Below are positions 55,926 to 64,000 of a DNA stretch of 64,000 nt, piece after piece. The DNA is taken from assembly GCF_028368995.1 (NCBI RefSeq), contig NZ_JAQNDL010000002.1:64001-128000 (forward strand), given 5' to 3'. The stretch comes from Nannocystis bainbridge (GTDB taxonomy: Bacteria; Myxococcota_A; Polyangia; Nannocystales; Nannocystaceae). The notes under the pieces were generated by a model. That model was not told the origin of the DNA and searched no databases. It saw only the letters and a list, made by a program, of their open reading frames with translations. The position numbers were made by a program, and so were the translations under genes. Position 1 is the stretch's first letter, and each line of letters starts with the position of its first letter.

Positions 55926-56714
55926 TCAGTGGACAGACAGCTCGCGGCCGCGCCAGCGGCGGAGGGCGAGCTCGCCGAGCAGGGCGACGGCGCCGAACAG
56001 GACCAGGCCGAGCAGGGTGGCGGCGAAGATCGCGGCGAACAGGTAGGCCGTCTGCAGGCGGCCGCTGGTCTGGAGGATCAGGGCGCCGAGGCCGAGGTCG
56101 TCGGCCCCGAAGCCGGCGAAGAACTCGCCGACGATGGCGCCGATGACGGCGAGGCCGCCGCTGATCTTGGCGCCGGCGACGAAGTAGGGCAGCGACCCGG
56201 GCAGCCTGAGCTTGAGCAGCAGCTGCAGGCGCGAGGCGTCGCTCATGGCGAACAGCTCGAGCAGCTGCGGGTCGACGCGCACGAGGCCGGTGGTGCCGTT
56301 GGTGATGATCGGGAAGACGCTGAGGATCGCGGCGGTGAGGATGACGCTCTGCAGGCCGGTGCCGAACCACACGACGATCAGCGGGGCGACGGCGACGATC
56401 GGGACGGTCTGCAGGAAGATGGCGTAGGGGTAGAGGCTGCGCGCCGCGGTCCGCGACTGCGAGAAGAGGACGGCGACCAGGCCGCCGACGAGGAGGCTGG
56501 CCCCGAGCCCGCCGAGCGCGCCGATGGCGGTGAGCAGCGCGGCCTGGGCCAGCTCGCCGGCGTGCTCGACGGCCTGGCGCGCGACCTCGGCCGGGGTGGG
56601 CACGAGGTAGGTCGGCAGGGCCAGCGCAGCGCAGGCGAGCTGCCACAGGCCGAGGAAGCCGAGGAAGACGAGGAGCGGCGGATACGCGGCGCGAGCGGCC
56701 GATGCGAGCTTCAT
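55926..56714 (-). CDS. ABC permease (NitT/TauT family)
   Basis: LQTVPIVAVAPL, KLRLP..LPY, GAIVGEF. Confidence 0.92.
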   Translation of the reverse strand: MKLASAARAAYPPLLVFLGFLGLWQLACAALALPTYLVPTPAEVARQAVEHAGELAQAALLTAIGALGGLGASLLVGGLVAVLFSQSRTAARSLYPYAIFLQTVPIVAVAPLIVVWFGTGLQSVILTAAILSVFPIITNGTTGLVRVDPQLLELFAMSDASRLQLLLKLRLPGSLPYFVAGAKISGGLAVIGAIVGEFFAGFGADDLGLGALILQTSGRLQTAYLFAAIFAATLLGLVLFGAVALLGELALRRWRGRELSVH

Positions 56715-56786
56715 GCGGGGGACGGCGGGAAGAGCGGGCTAGACGAGCGGAGGAGGGGACCGGAGGGCAAGGCGAGAAGGAGATCG

Positions 56787-56893
56787 TAACAGGTCTGAAG
56801 GACAGGTCTAAAGGGACAGGCTCGATCGGACAGGTTCGAAAGCACAGGTCCCGAGGGTCAGGTCCGAACGGACAGGTCCGATGGGTCAGGTGG
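56787..56893. repeat. 14-bp-period array, 8 units (CAGG variant)
   Basis: CAGG at 56790, 56803, 56817, 56831, 56845, 56859, 56873, 56887; overlaps the 3' end of the ATPase. Confidence 0.9.
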
Positions 56894-57664
56894 TGCGGCG
56901 GCGCGCAGGCGGGCGCGGACCTCGGCGGCGACGGCGGCGAACTCGGGGCTGCCGACCAGCGCGGCGCGGCGCGGGCGGGGCAGCTCGACGCGGATGTCGG
57001 CGACGATCCGGCCGGGGCGGGCCGAGAGCACGAGGACGCGGTCGCCGAGCAGGACGGCCTCGGCGACGCTGTGGGTGACGGCGAGGGCGGTGAAGCGGTC
57101 GCGCTCCCACAGGCGCAGCAGCTCGTCGTTGAGGCGCTCGCGGGTGAGCTCGTCGAGGGCGCCGAACGGCTCGTCGAGCAGCAGCAGCTCGGGCCGGCCG
57201 ACGAGCGCGCGCGCGAGCGAGGCCCGCATCTTCATGCCGCCCGAGAGCGCGGAGGGGGCGGCGGCGGCGAATTCGGAGAGGCCGACGAGGGCGAGCGCGG
57301 CGTCGGCGGCGAGGTCCTGCTCGGCCCGGGGGACGCGCGCGAGCTCGAGCGGGAGGCGGACGTTGGCGTGCAGGCTGCGCCACGGCAGCAAGGTCGGGTC
57401 CTGAAACACGAAGGCGACGGCGCGGCGAGCCCGGGCGCGCTCGGGGGGCTCGCCGGCGACGGTCAGGAGGCCGGCGCTGGCGGGCGCGAGGCCGGCGGCG
57501 ACGCGCAGGAGGGTCGACTTGCCGCAGCCGGAGGGGCCGATGATGGCGAGCAGCTCGCCGCGGCGGACGACGAGGTCGAGGTCGCTCAGGGCCTGGACGC
57601 CGCCGGGGAAGCGCACGCCGAGGCCGCGGGCCTCGAGGTGGGGGGCTGGGACCGGCTCGGTCAC
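56858..57664 (-). CDS. ABC ATP-binding protein (NitT/TauT family)
   Basis: GPSGCGKS, LSGGMKMR, LLDEPFGALD, VTH. Confidence 0.93.
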   Translation of the reverse strand: MTEPVPAPHLEARGLGVRFPGGVQALSDLDLVVRRGELLAIIGPSGCGKSTLLRVAAGLAPASAGLLTVAGEPPERARARRAVAFVFQDPTLLPWRSLHANVRLPLELARVPRAEQDLAADAALALVGLSEFAAAAPSALSGGMKMRASLARALVGRPELLLLDEPFGALDELTRERLNDELLRLWERDRFTALAVTHSVAEAVLLGDRVLVLSARPGRIVADIRVELPRPRRAALVGSPEFAAVAAEVRARLRAAAPPDPSDLSVRT

Positions 57665-57980
57665 GCGGCGGACGCTAACACAGGCGCGGACGCGCTGCGC
57701 GGGCGCTGGGGCTTCGAGGCCGCGGCCCGGGCGGAGGGAGCGAAGACCGACGGTGAGGTCGAGGTCGGTCGCTGCGGGGGCTCCGAGGTTGCGCGAGATG
57801 CACGACGTGGGGTTCGGGGGTGCTTCGCTAGCGACCTGTCTCGAGGGACAGCTCGATCGAGCGCTCGCGTCCGATCGAGCGCCGCGTGACGAGGGGCCGG
57901 GCGCGTGAGACTGTGACCGTCGGGCGGCGCGCGGACGCCCTGCGGAGGACGGGGCCCGCGACGGGGCAGGAAGTTGGCGG

Positions 57981-59606
57981 ATGGTGACGAATCCACCTGA
58001 AGACATCACCGAGACGGTGCTCGAGGGCCGCTACCGGGTGCTGCAGCAGATCGGCCACGGCGGGATGAGCAGCGTGTACGCCGGCGAGGACACGCGGCTG
58101 CGGCGGCGCTGCGCGATCAAGGTGCTGAGCCCGCGGCTGGCGGCGGAGCCGGAGCACGTCGAACGCTTCCTGCGCGAGGCGCAGATGATCGCGTCGCTGC
58201 AGCACCCGAACATCGTCGACATCTATTCGTACGGCGAGGATCCAGCAGGGTGGGTGTATTTCGTGATGGAGCTGCTGACCGGCGAGGACCTCGATTCGCG
58301 GCTGCAGGCGCGCGCGGAGCGGCCGTTCGGGGTGGCGCATTGCTGCCTGTGGGCGCTGCAGGTGGCGGAGGCGGTGGCGGTGGTCCACGAGGCGGGGCTG
58401 GTGCACCGCGACCTCAAGGCCGCGAACGTGTTCCTGGCCCGGCGACGCGACGGGACCGAGGTGTGCAAGCTGCTCGACTTCGGCATCGCGCGGGTGGAGG
58501 ACGGGCCGAAGCTGACGCGCACGGGCGTGACGCTGGGGACGCCGAGCTACATGTCGCCGGAGCAGGTCCGCAACGATCGCCTCGACGGCCGCAGCGATGT
58601 CTATTCGTTCGGGGTGCTGCTGTTCAAGCTGCTGACGGGGCGAGTGCCGTTCGTCGGCGCGCCGATGCAGGTGGCGATGGCGCAGTGCGAGTCGCCGCCG
58701 CCGCGGCCGACGACGCTGGCGAGCGGCATCCCGCCGAACCTCGAGGACATCGTGCTGACGGCCCTGGCCAAGCGGCCCGAGGAGCGGTTCCAGTCGATGC
58801 GCGCGCTGGCGTCGGCGCTGCGCTCGGTGCTGGCCGAGGAGGCGCCCGAGCTGGCAGGGGCCCTGCAATCGGCGGTGAGCGTGACGCTGGCGGGTGAGAG
58901 CGCGCGGGCGGTGCAGGCGGCGACGGCGACGCTGCAGGACGGGCCGACGCCGGGGTCGCCAGCGCGCCAAGGGAGCATGACGGCGGCGATGTCACCGCGC
59001 GGGCGCATGCGGCCCCTGCTGTGGGTGACGGCGAGCGTGGGGGTGGCGACGGTGGCGGTGCTGGTGACGGCGGCGCTGCGCGCTCGAGCGGTGGTGGCGG
59101 AGCCGGGGCCTGCGGAGGCCGGGTCCATCGTCGAGGCGCCGCGGGAGCCGTCAACGGCTGCGAGCGCCGTGCCGGCGATCCACATGCCGCGAGTATCGCC
59201 GACGGATCCGGGCGCCGCGCCGGTGCCGGCCGAGGCGCCGGCTGAGCCGCAGAACTCCGCCACCGCGATCGAGCGCGAAGGGCCGCAGGAGCCACCGCCG
59301 AATTTCGAAGAGGCCTTGCCGCCGCTGTCGCCCGAGCTGCCCGCGTCGCGCGAGGCGACGGGGCAGCCGTCGCGGCCGGCCTCCGATCCGCTGCGGCAGA
59401 TCGAGGTCGCGGCGAAGAAATGTCGCAAGAAGCACAAGGCGGTCGGGGGGCCGAAGATCGAGGTCGACTACGCGGTCGGATCGAGCGGCGAGGTGATTCG
59501 CGCCGTGCCTGCGACCGCCGATCCGCTGGGCCGTTGTCTGGCTGATGCGGTGCGGGCGACCCGGTTCGCCGCCAAGATCGTGCTGGGTCGCAAGGTCTCG
59601 CTGTGA
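57981..59606 (+). CDS. transmembrane Ser/Thr protein kinase
   Basis: GHGGMSSVY, AIK, HRDLKAAN, DFG, GTPSYMSPE; TM; two-Cys C-terminal domain. Confidence 0.93.
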   Translation: MVTNPPEDITETVLEGRYRVLQQIGHGGMSSVYAGEDTRLRRRCAIKVLSPRLAAEPEHVERFLREAQMIASLQHPNIVDIYSYGEDPAGWVYFVMELLTGEDLDSRLQARAERPFGVAHCCLWALQVAEAVAVVHEAGLVHRDLKAANVFLARRRDGTEVCKLLDFGIARVEDGPKLTRTGVTLGTPSYMSPEQVRNDRLDGRSDVYSFGVLLFKLLTGRVPFVGAPMQVAMAQCESPPPRPTTLASGIPPNLEDIVLTALAKRPEERFQSMRALASALRSVLAEEAPELAGALQSAVSVTLAGESARAVQAATATLQDGPTPGSPARQGSMTAAMSPRGRMRPLLWVTASVGVATVAVLVTAALRARAVVAEPGPAEAGSIVEAPREPSTAASAVPAIHMPRVSPTDPGAAPVPAEAPAEPQNSATAIEREGPQEPPPNFEEALPPLSPELPASREATGQPSRPASDPLRQIEVAAKKCRKKHKAVGGPKIEVDYAVGSSGEVIRAVPATADPLGRCLADAVRATRFAAKIVLGRKVSL

Positions 59607-59899
59607 CGCGCGTCGCTGCGGGTCCGCGAGGGTCGACGCGAGCGGAGCGCGGGGTCCTCGCGCGCGCGCGTCGGCGCGAACAGGGCCGGCGTCGCTGTCG
59701 CCGCGAGCGCGGCGATGCGGGCTGCACCGCCACGATCGGCCGCGTCGTGGCAGCACGCAGGGCACGGGCGTGTCCGCGCGATCGGGACGTGGATCGGCGG
59801 TAGCACGATTTTCGCGAGTGGGTCGCGCGGCCCGGCGATCGGCGAGGCCGCGTGTGGGTGGAGAGTGGTGGCTCGGCGGGCCGATGCTACAGACCGGAT

Positions 59900-61516
59900 G
59901 TGACGGACGATGGGGCCGACGATGTCCTCGGATCGCTGCTGGAGGGCCGCTATCGAGTGCTGCGGCGGCTCGGGGGCGCGGGGGTGGGCAGCGTGTTCGT
60001 CGGCGAGGACGAGGTGCTGCGCCGGCGCTGCGCGCTCAAGCTGCTGCACCCGGCGCTGGCCGCCGACGCAGAACGAGCGGCGCGGTTCCTGCGTGAGGCG
60101 CAGACGATCGCGGCGCTCGATCACCCGAACATCGTCGACATCCATTCGTACGGCCAGGACCCGCGCGGCACCGTCTACTTCGTGATGGAGCTGCTCGCGG
60201 GCGAGGACCTCGATGCGCGCCTGCGCGACCGCGCGGCCAGGCCGGTCACGGTGCGCGACGCGTGCCGGTGGGGCCTGCAGATCGCCGCGGCGATGGCGGT
60301 GGTCCACGAGGCCGGGTTCGTGCACCGCGACCTCGAGGCGTCGAACGTGTTCCTGGCCCGCCGCCGCGACGGCAAGCAGGTGTGCAAGCTGCTCGATTTC
60401 GGCATCGCCCGCGCGGTCGAGCGCTCGGAGCTGACGCGCGCGGGGGTGCGGCTGGGGACGCCGGGCTCGATGTCGCCGGAGCAGATCCGCGGCGAGCAGC
60501 TCGACGGTCGCAGCGACGTGTACGCGTTCGGGGTGCTGCTGTTCAAGCTGCTGACCGGGCGGCTGCCGTTCGCCGGGGATGCGCTGGCCGTGGCGCATCA
60601 GCACTGCGAGGCGCCGGCGCCGGCCCCGTCGTCGCTGGCGCCGACGGCGAACATCTCGCCGCGGCTGGACGCGCTGGTCCTCAAGGCCATGGCCAAGCGG
60701 CCGGCCGATCGGTTTGCGACGATGTCGGCGGTGGCGGCGGCGCTGTGCGTCGTGCTGGACGCGCCGGCCCTCGAGTCGACGGTGCGCGGGGTGGTGCCGG
60801 ACGTGATGGCGGAGATGACGCTGCGCGCGGGGGTGCCGGAGCCGGCGGCGCCACGGGAGATCCGTGGGCGCACCGCGGCGACGGCGTCGATGCGCGTGCC
60901 GACGCCGCGCGGGGTGCAAGGGCTCGGGCTGGCGTTCACGGCGCTGCTGGCGGCGACTTCGCTGGCGGTGCTGCGCGCGAGCGGCGGTGCGGGCGTCGGG
61001 GGCGCGGCGCTCGGGCCGGCGCCGGCCGAGGCTGTTCCTCTGGACCTGTCGCATGGGACGACCGCGGCTTGGGGTGATGCTGTCCCGGGGGACAGGTCGC
61101 GCGGGGCGGCGAGGGGTGATGCTGTCCCGGGGGACAGGTCACGCGAGGCGGGGACCGGAGCGTCGCCTGTCCCGGGGCACAGGTCGACGAAGGTGGCGGC
61201 TGCGCCTGTCCCGGCGGACATGCCCGAGCCGGAGGTCGAGCTGCCGCCGCTCGAGGACGAGTTCGCCGGCGCGCGCGCGAGGCAGCGGGCGGACCGGATC
61301 TTGCGCCGGCTGGAGGCCGAGGCGAGGCGTTGCCGGCAGGTCCACGGCGCGGTCGACGGGCCCGAGATCGAGGTCGACTATACGGTCGGTCCGAACGGGG
61401 CGGTGACGGCGGCGACGGCGGCGACGAGGGACGCGCTCGGGGCGTGTCTGGCGGCGGCGGTGCGACGGACCCGGTTCGCGCCGAGGGCCGCGCCCGGGCG
61501 GAAGATCTGGCTGTGA
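59900..61516 (+). CDS. paralogous transmembrane kinase, probable pseudokinase
   Basis: Same architecture as the neighbour but HRDLEASN and GTPGSMSPE. Confidence 0.85.
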   Translation: MTDDGADDVLGSLLEGRYRVLRRLGGAGVGSVFVGEDEVLRRRCALKLLHPALAADAERAARFLREAQTIAALDHPNIVDIHSYGQDPRGTVYFVMELLAGEDLDARLRDRAARPVTVRDACRWGLQIAAAMAVVHEAGFVHRDLEASNVFLARRRDGKQVCKLLDFGIARAVERSELTRAGVRLGTPGSMSPEQIRGEQLDGRSDVYAFGVLLFKLLTGRLPFAGDALAVAHQHCEAPAPAPSSLAPTANISPRLDALVLKAMAKRPADRFATMSAVAAALCVVLDAPALESTVRGVVPDVMAEMTLRAGVPEPAAPREIRGRTAATASMRVPTPRGVQGLGLAFTALLAATSLAVLRASGGAGVGGAALGPAPAEAVPLDLSHGTTAAWGDAVPGDRSRGAARGDAVPGDRSREAGTGASPVPGHRSTKVAAAPVPADMPEPEVELPPLEDEFAGARARQRADRILRRLEAEARRCRQVHGAVDGPEIEVDYTVGPNGAVTAATAATRDALGACLAAAVRRTRFAPRAAPGRKIWL

Positions 61517-61681
61517 GCCCGGGCCGATCGAGCGCGCTGCCGACGAGAGACCGTCTCGGGGATCGGGTCGTGGGTGACCCGCGGGACCGCCTCGGTCCGC
61601 TCGAGCGCCGCACGCTGCTGCGCCTGCAAGCGTCGCAGAACGAGCGCTGCGCCTCCTGAGCCCGCTCGAGCGGCGCGGGCG

Positions 61682-62431
61682 CTAGGCTCGCCGGCTGCGG
61701 GGCTTGCGGGTGCGGGCGGGCTTGGCCGGGAGGGCCGGGGGCGGCTCGGGTTCGGGCGCCGATTCGCCTGTCTCTGCGGGCATGTCCGTGAGGACCTGTG
61801 CTTCGGGACCGGTCGCTTCGGACATGCCCTCGGCGTCACCCGGGTCGAGGCCGCCGCTGCGGAGGGTGCGGGGCGGCAGCAGCTCGGGCTCGCTGACGAC
61901 CTTCTTGGCCAGGAAGATGGCGGCGTCGATCTGGGAGAAGCTGCGGGCGCGGTAGAACTGGAGCGCGCGCCGGTTGTTGGCGGCGACCTCGAGCACGAGG
62001 TGGGTGCAGCCGCGGACGCGGGCGAGGTGCTCTAACTGCTCGATGACGAAGCTGCCGATCCCGCGGCCCTGGAAGTCGGGGTGGATGGCGATCTCCTCGA
62101 CGAACAGCGGGCGCATGTCGCGGCTCTCGAAGTAGCGCTCGTTGATCCAATTGTCGGAGCCGATGACCTCGTAGGCGCACTCGGCGTAGCCGACGATCAC
62201 AGGGGCTTCGCCCTCGTGGATCTCGAACAGCAGCTGCTCGATGCCCTCCTCCTCGTAGATCTCGAGGAAGCGGGTCTTGGTGCGGGGGCGCTGGTATTCG
62301 ACGGTCTCGCGGTTGACCGAGCGGAACACGCGCTTGAGGAACTCCCACACCTTGTTGAGGTCGCGGCGGTGGATCCGGCGGACACGGATGGTCGGCTCCG
62401 TGACGGCGAGCGCGGGCTTGCGAGAGGCCAC
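61682..62431 (-). CDS. GNAT acetyltransferase
   Basis: IAIHPDFQGRGIG, LEV...NRRALQFY; TAGACT 6 bp before the GTG. Confidence 0.88.
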   Translation of the reverse strand: MASRKPALAVTEPTIRVRRIHRRDLNKVWEFLKRVFRSVNRETVEYQRPRTKTRFLEIYEEEGIEQLLFEIHEGEAPVIVGYAECAYEVIGSDNWINERYFESRDMRPLFVEEIAIHPDFQGRGIGSFVIEQLEHLARVRGCTHLVLEVAANNRRALQFYRARSFSQIDAAIFLAKKVVSEPELLPPRTLRSGGLDPGDAEGMSEATGPEAQVLTDMPAETGESAPEPEPPPALPAKPARTRKPRSRRA

Positions 62432-62506
62432 GGCCGGAGTCTAGCACCGGCCGGCGGGCGCTCGTCCGGCTTGCGGGGCCGCACGCGCGCGTGGCATGCT
62501 CGGCCG

Positions 62507-64000
62507 ATGCGTCCCCGCGCCGCCGCGTCCGCTGCCCTGTCTGCGCGTCGCCGTGGTCGAGATCGCAGCGCGAGGCTGCGCGGGCTCGGGCTCGGGTGCG
62601 TGGCCGTCGCGCTCGCTTGCGGGGCCGACGAGCAGAAGTCGGTCAAGGCCGAGGCGAACCCGAACATGCCCGACCGCGTGCACGCGCCCGAGCCCGCGCA
62701 GGAGCGGCCGGCGATCCGCGACTGCCCGGAGGCGCTGCAGGGGGTGGAGCAGGTCGACCGCGTGATCGGCTCCGGCTGCAAGCCGGTGACGGTCCACCCC
62801 GGGTATAGGGTCGAGAACGGGTCGCTGACGATCGAGGCCGGGGTCACGCTGCAGTTCATGCCGGGGGCCGAGCTGGGGGTCGGCTTCGAGCGGCCGGCGA
62901 CGCTCCACGTGCGCGGCACGCCCGAGTCGCCGGTGCGCTTCACGGCCACCGGCGAGGGGGCGAAGCCCGGGGCGTGGAAGGGGGTCGCGCTGTACGAGCA
63001 CGCGGACGAGTCGGAGATCGCCGGGCTGGTGCTCGAGTTCGCCGGCACCGACCTGCGCGGGGCGATCTTCGTCCAGGCGGTCGACGTCAAGATCGACGGC
63101 TCGACCGTGCGCGACAGCCAGAACGTGGCGGTCCACGTGACTTCGCAAGGCCACGTCAGCAGCTTCAAGGGCAACCGGCTCGAGCGCGTGAGCTCGCCGG
63201 CGCTGCTGCTGCCGGCCCGCTCGGCGGGCTCGGTGGCGCCCGACAACACGTTCCCGCCCGACTCGGTGATCCACGTGCTCGGCGGGATGATCCGCGATCG
63301 GGCCCGCTGGGACGTGCCGAAGGTGCCGCTCGTGATCGGCGGGGTGATCGAGATCGAGGGCCCCGACGACAAGCACGAGGCGCTGCTCGAGCTGGCGCCG
63401 GGGACAGTGCTCAAGTTCGACGACGACGCCTACTTCACGGTCGGCTACGACCACCCGGCGTCGCTGGTGGCCGAGGCGGCGGGCAAGGAGCCGATCGTGC
63501 TGACGACGGCGACGGAGCCGCGATCGCAGGCGTGGCGCGGGGTCAACCTGTACCGCTCGGCGACGGCGAGCTTCAGCAACGTGGTGTTCGAGTACGGCGG
63601 CCAGCGCTCGGACCGCGGGGTGGTGTACGCCAACAACGAGGCGCGCCTCAGCGTGAAGGGCTGCACGTTCCACGACAACGGCGGCGGGGTGACGCTGCAG
63701 GGCGCGGCGGTCCGCCTCGGCGAGTTCAGCGGCAACACGTTCGAGCGCTCGCACCCGGCCTTCGACGTGAGCCCGCAGCTGTACGGGATGATCGGGCCCG
63801 ACAACAAGCTCGACGCCGAGACGACGGTGCAGGTCGAGGGCGGCGAGATCGACAAGGACGCGGTGTGGCAAGACTTCGGGGTCCCGATCGAGCTCAAGCG
63901 CCCGATCGCGGTCGACGGCGAGGCGACGCTGACGATCCGCGCGGGGGCCAAGCTGCGCGTGCACGACGGGTTCTCGCTCGGGGTCGGAGAGTTCGGCGGC
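62507..64000 (+). CDS. partial beta-helix-like lipoprotein with internal repeats (not in the ORF track; runs off the window)
   Basis: Open frame from ATG 62507 with VAVALAC lipobox; repeats GSLTIEAGVTLQF..GTPESPVRFT..PGAWKGV / LELAPGTVLKF..EPIVLT..AWRGV / LTIRAGAKL. Confidence 0.8.
   Translation, partial: MRPRAAASAALSARRRGRDRSARLRGLGLGCVAVALACGADEQKSVKAEANPNMPDRVHAPEPAQERPAIRDCPEALQGVEQVDRVIGSGCKPVTVHPGYRVENGSLTIEAGVTLQFMPGAELGVGFERPATLHVRGTPESPVRFTATGEGAKPGAWKGVALYEHADESEIAGLVLEFAGTDLRGAIFVQAVDVKIDGSTVRDSQNVAVHVTSQGHVSSFKGNRLERVSSPALLLPARSAGSVAPDNTFPPDSVIHVLGGMIRDRARWDVPKVPLVIGGVIEIEGPDDKHEALLELAPGTVLKFDDDAYFTVGYDHPASLVAEAAGKEPIVLTTATEPRSQAWRGVNLYRSATASFSNVVFEYGGQRSDRGVVYANNEARLSVKGCTFHDNGGGVTLQGAAVRLGEFSGNTFERSHPAFDVSPQLYGMIGPDNKLDAETTVQVEGGEIDKDAVWQDFGVPIELKRPIAVDGEATLTIRAGAKLRVHDGFSLGVGEFGG

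Overview
Very GC-rich bacterial chromosome segment, most consistent with a myxobacterium (Nannocystis-like; inferred from a MYXO-CTERM protein, several Ser/Thr kinases and Cys-rich lipoproteins). A central housekeeping block (about 20.6-41.4 kb) carries pntAB, moaC, glmS, an M16 peptidase pair, tRNA-Gln, prs, rplY, pth, a membrane pyrophosphatase, rpsF, rpsR, rplI, dnaB and PNP. The flanks are accessory-rich. Left: tolQRAB divergent from a three-lipoprotein cluster, ppx, PHP, an MlaF-MlaE fusion with a possible lipid-transfer partner, and hipBA. Right: SWIM-SNF2, an ECF sigma fused to an anti-sigma-like tail, an NMT1/THI5 ABC system split by an AKR/MFS/HxlR cassette, and a kinase/pseudokinase pair. 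The most striking unexplained signal is a dispersed repeat: a 10-bp quasi-palindrome (GGRCATGTCC, variants GGACAGGTCC/GGACCTGTCC) repeated at an almost invariant 14-bp period. I counted it by eye at about 24 loci, both as intergenic arrays of up to 8 units and embedded in coding sequences in different frames, and it is nearly absent from the housekeeping block. All protein assignments rest on motif recognition by eye; no searches were run.
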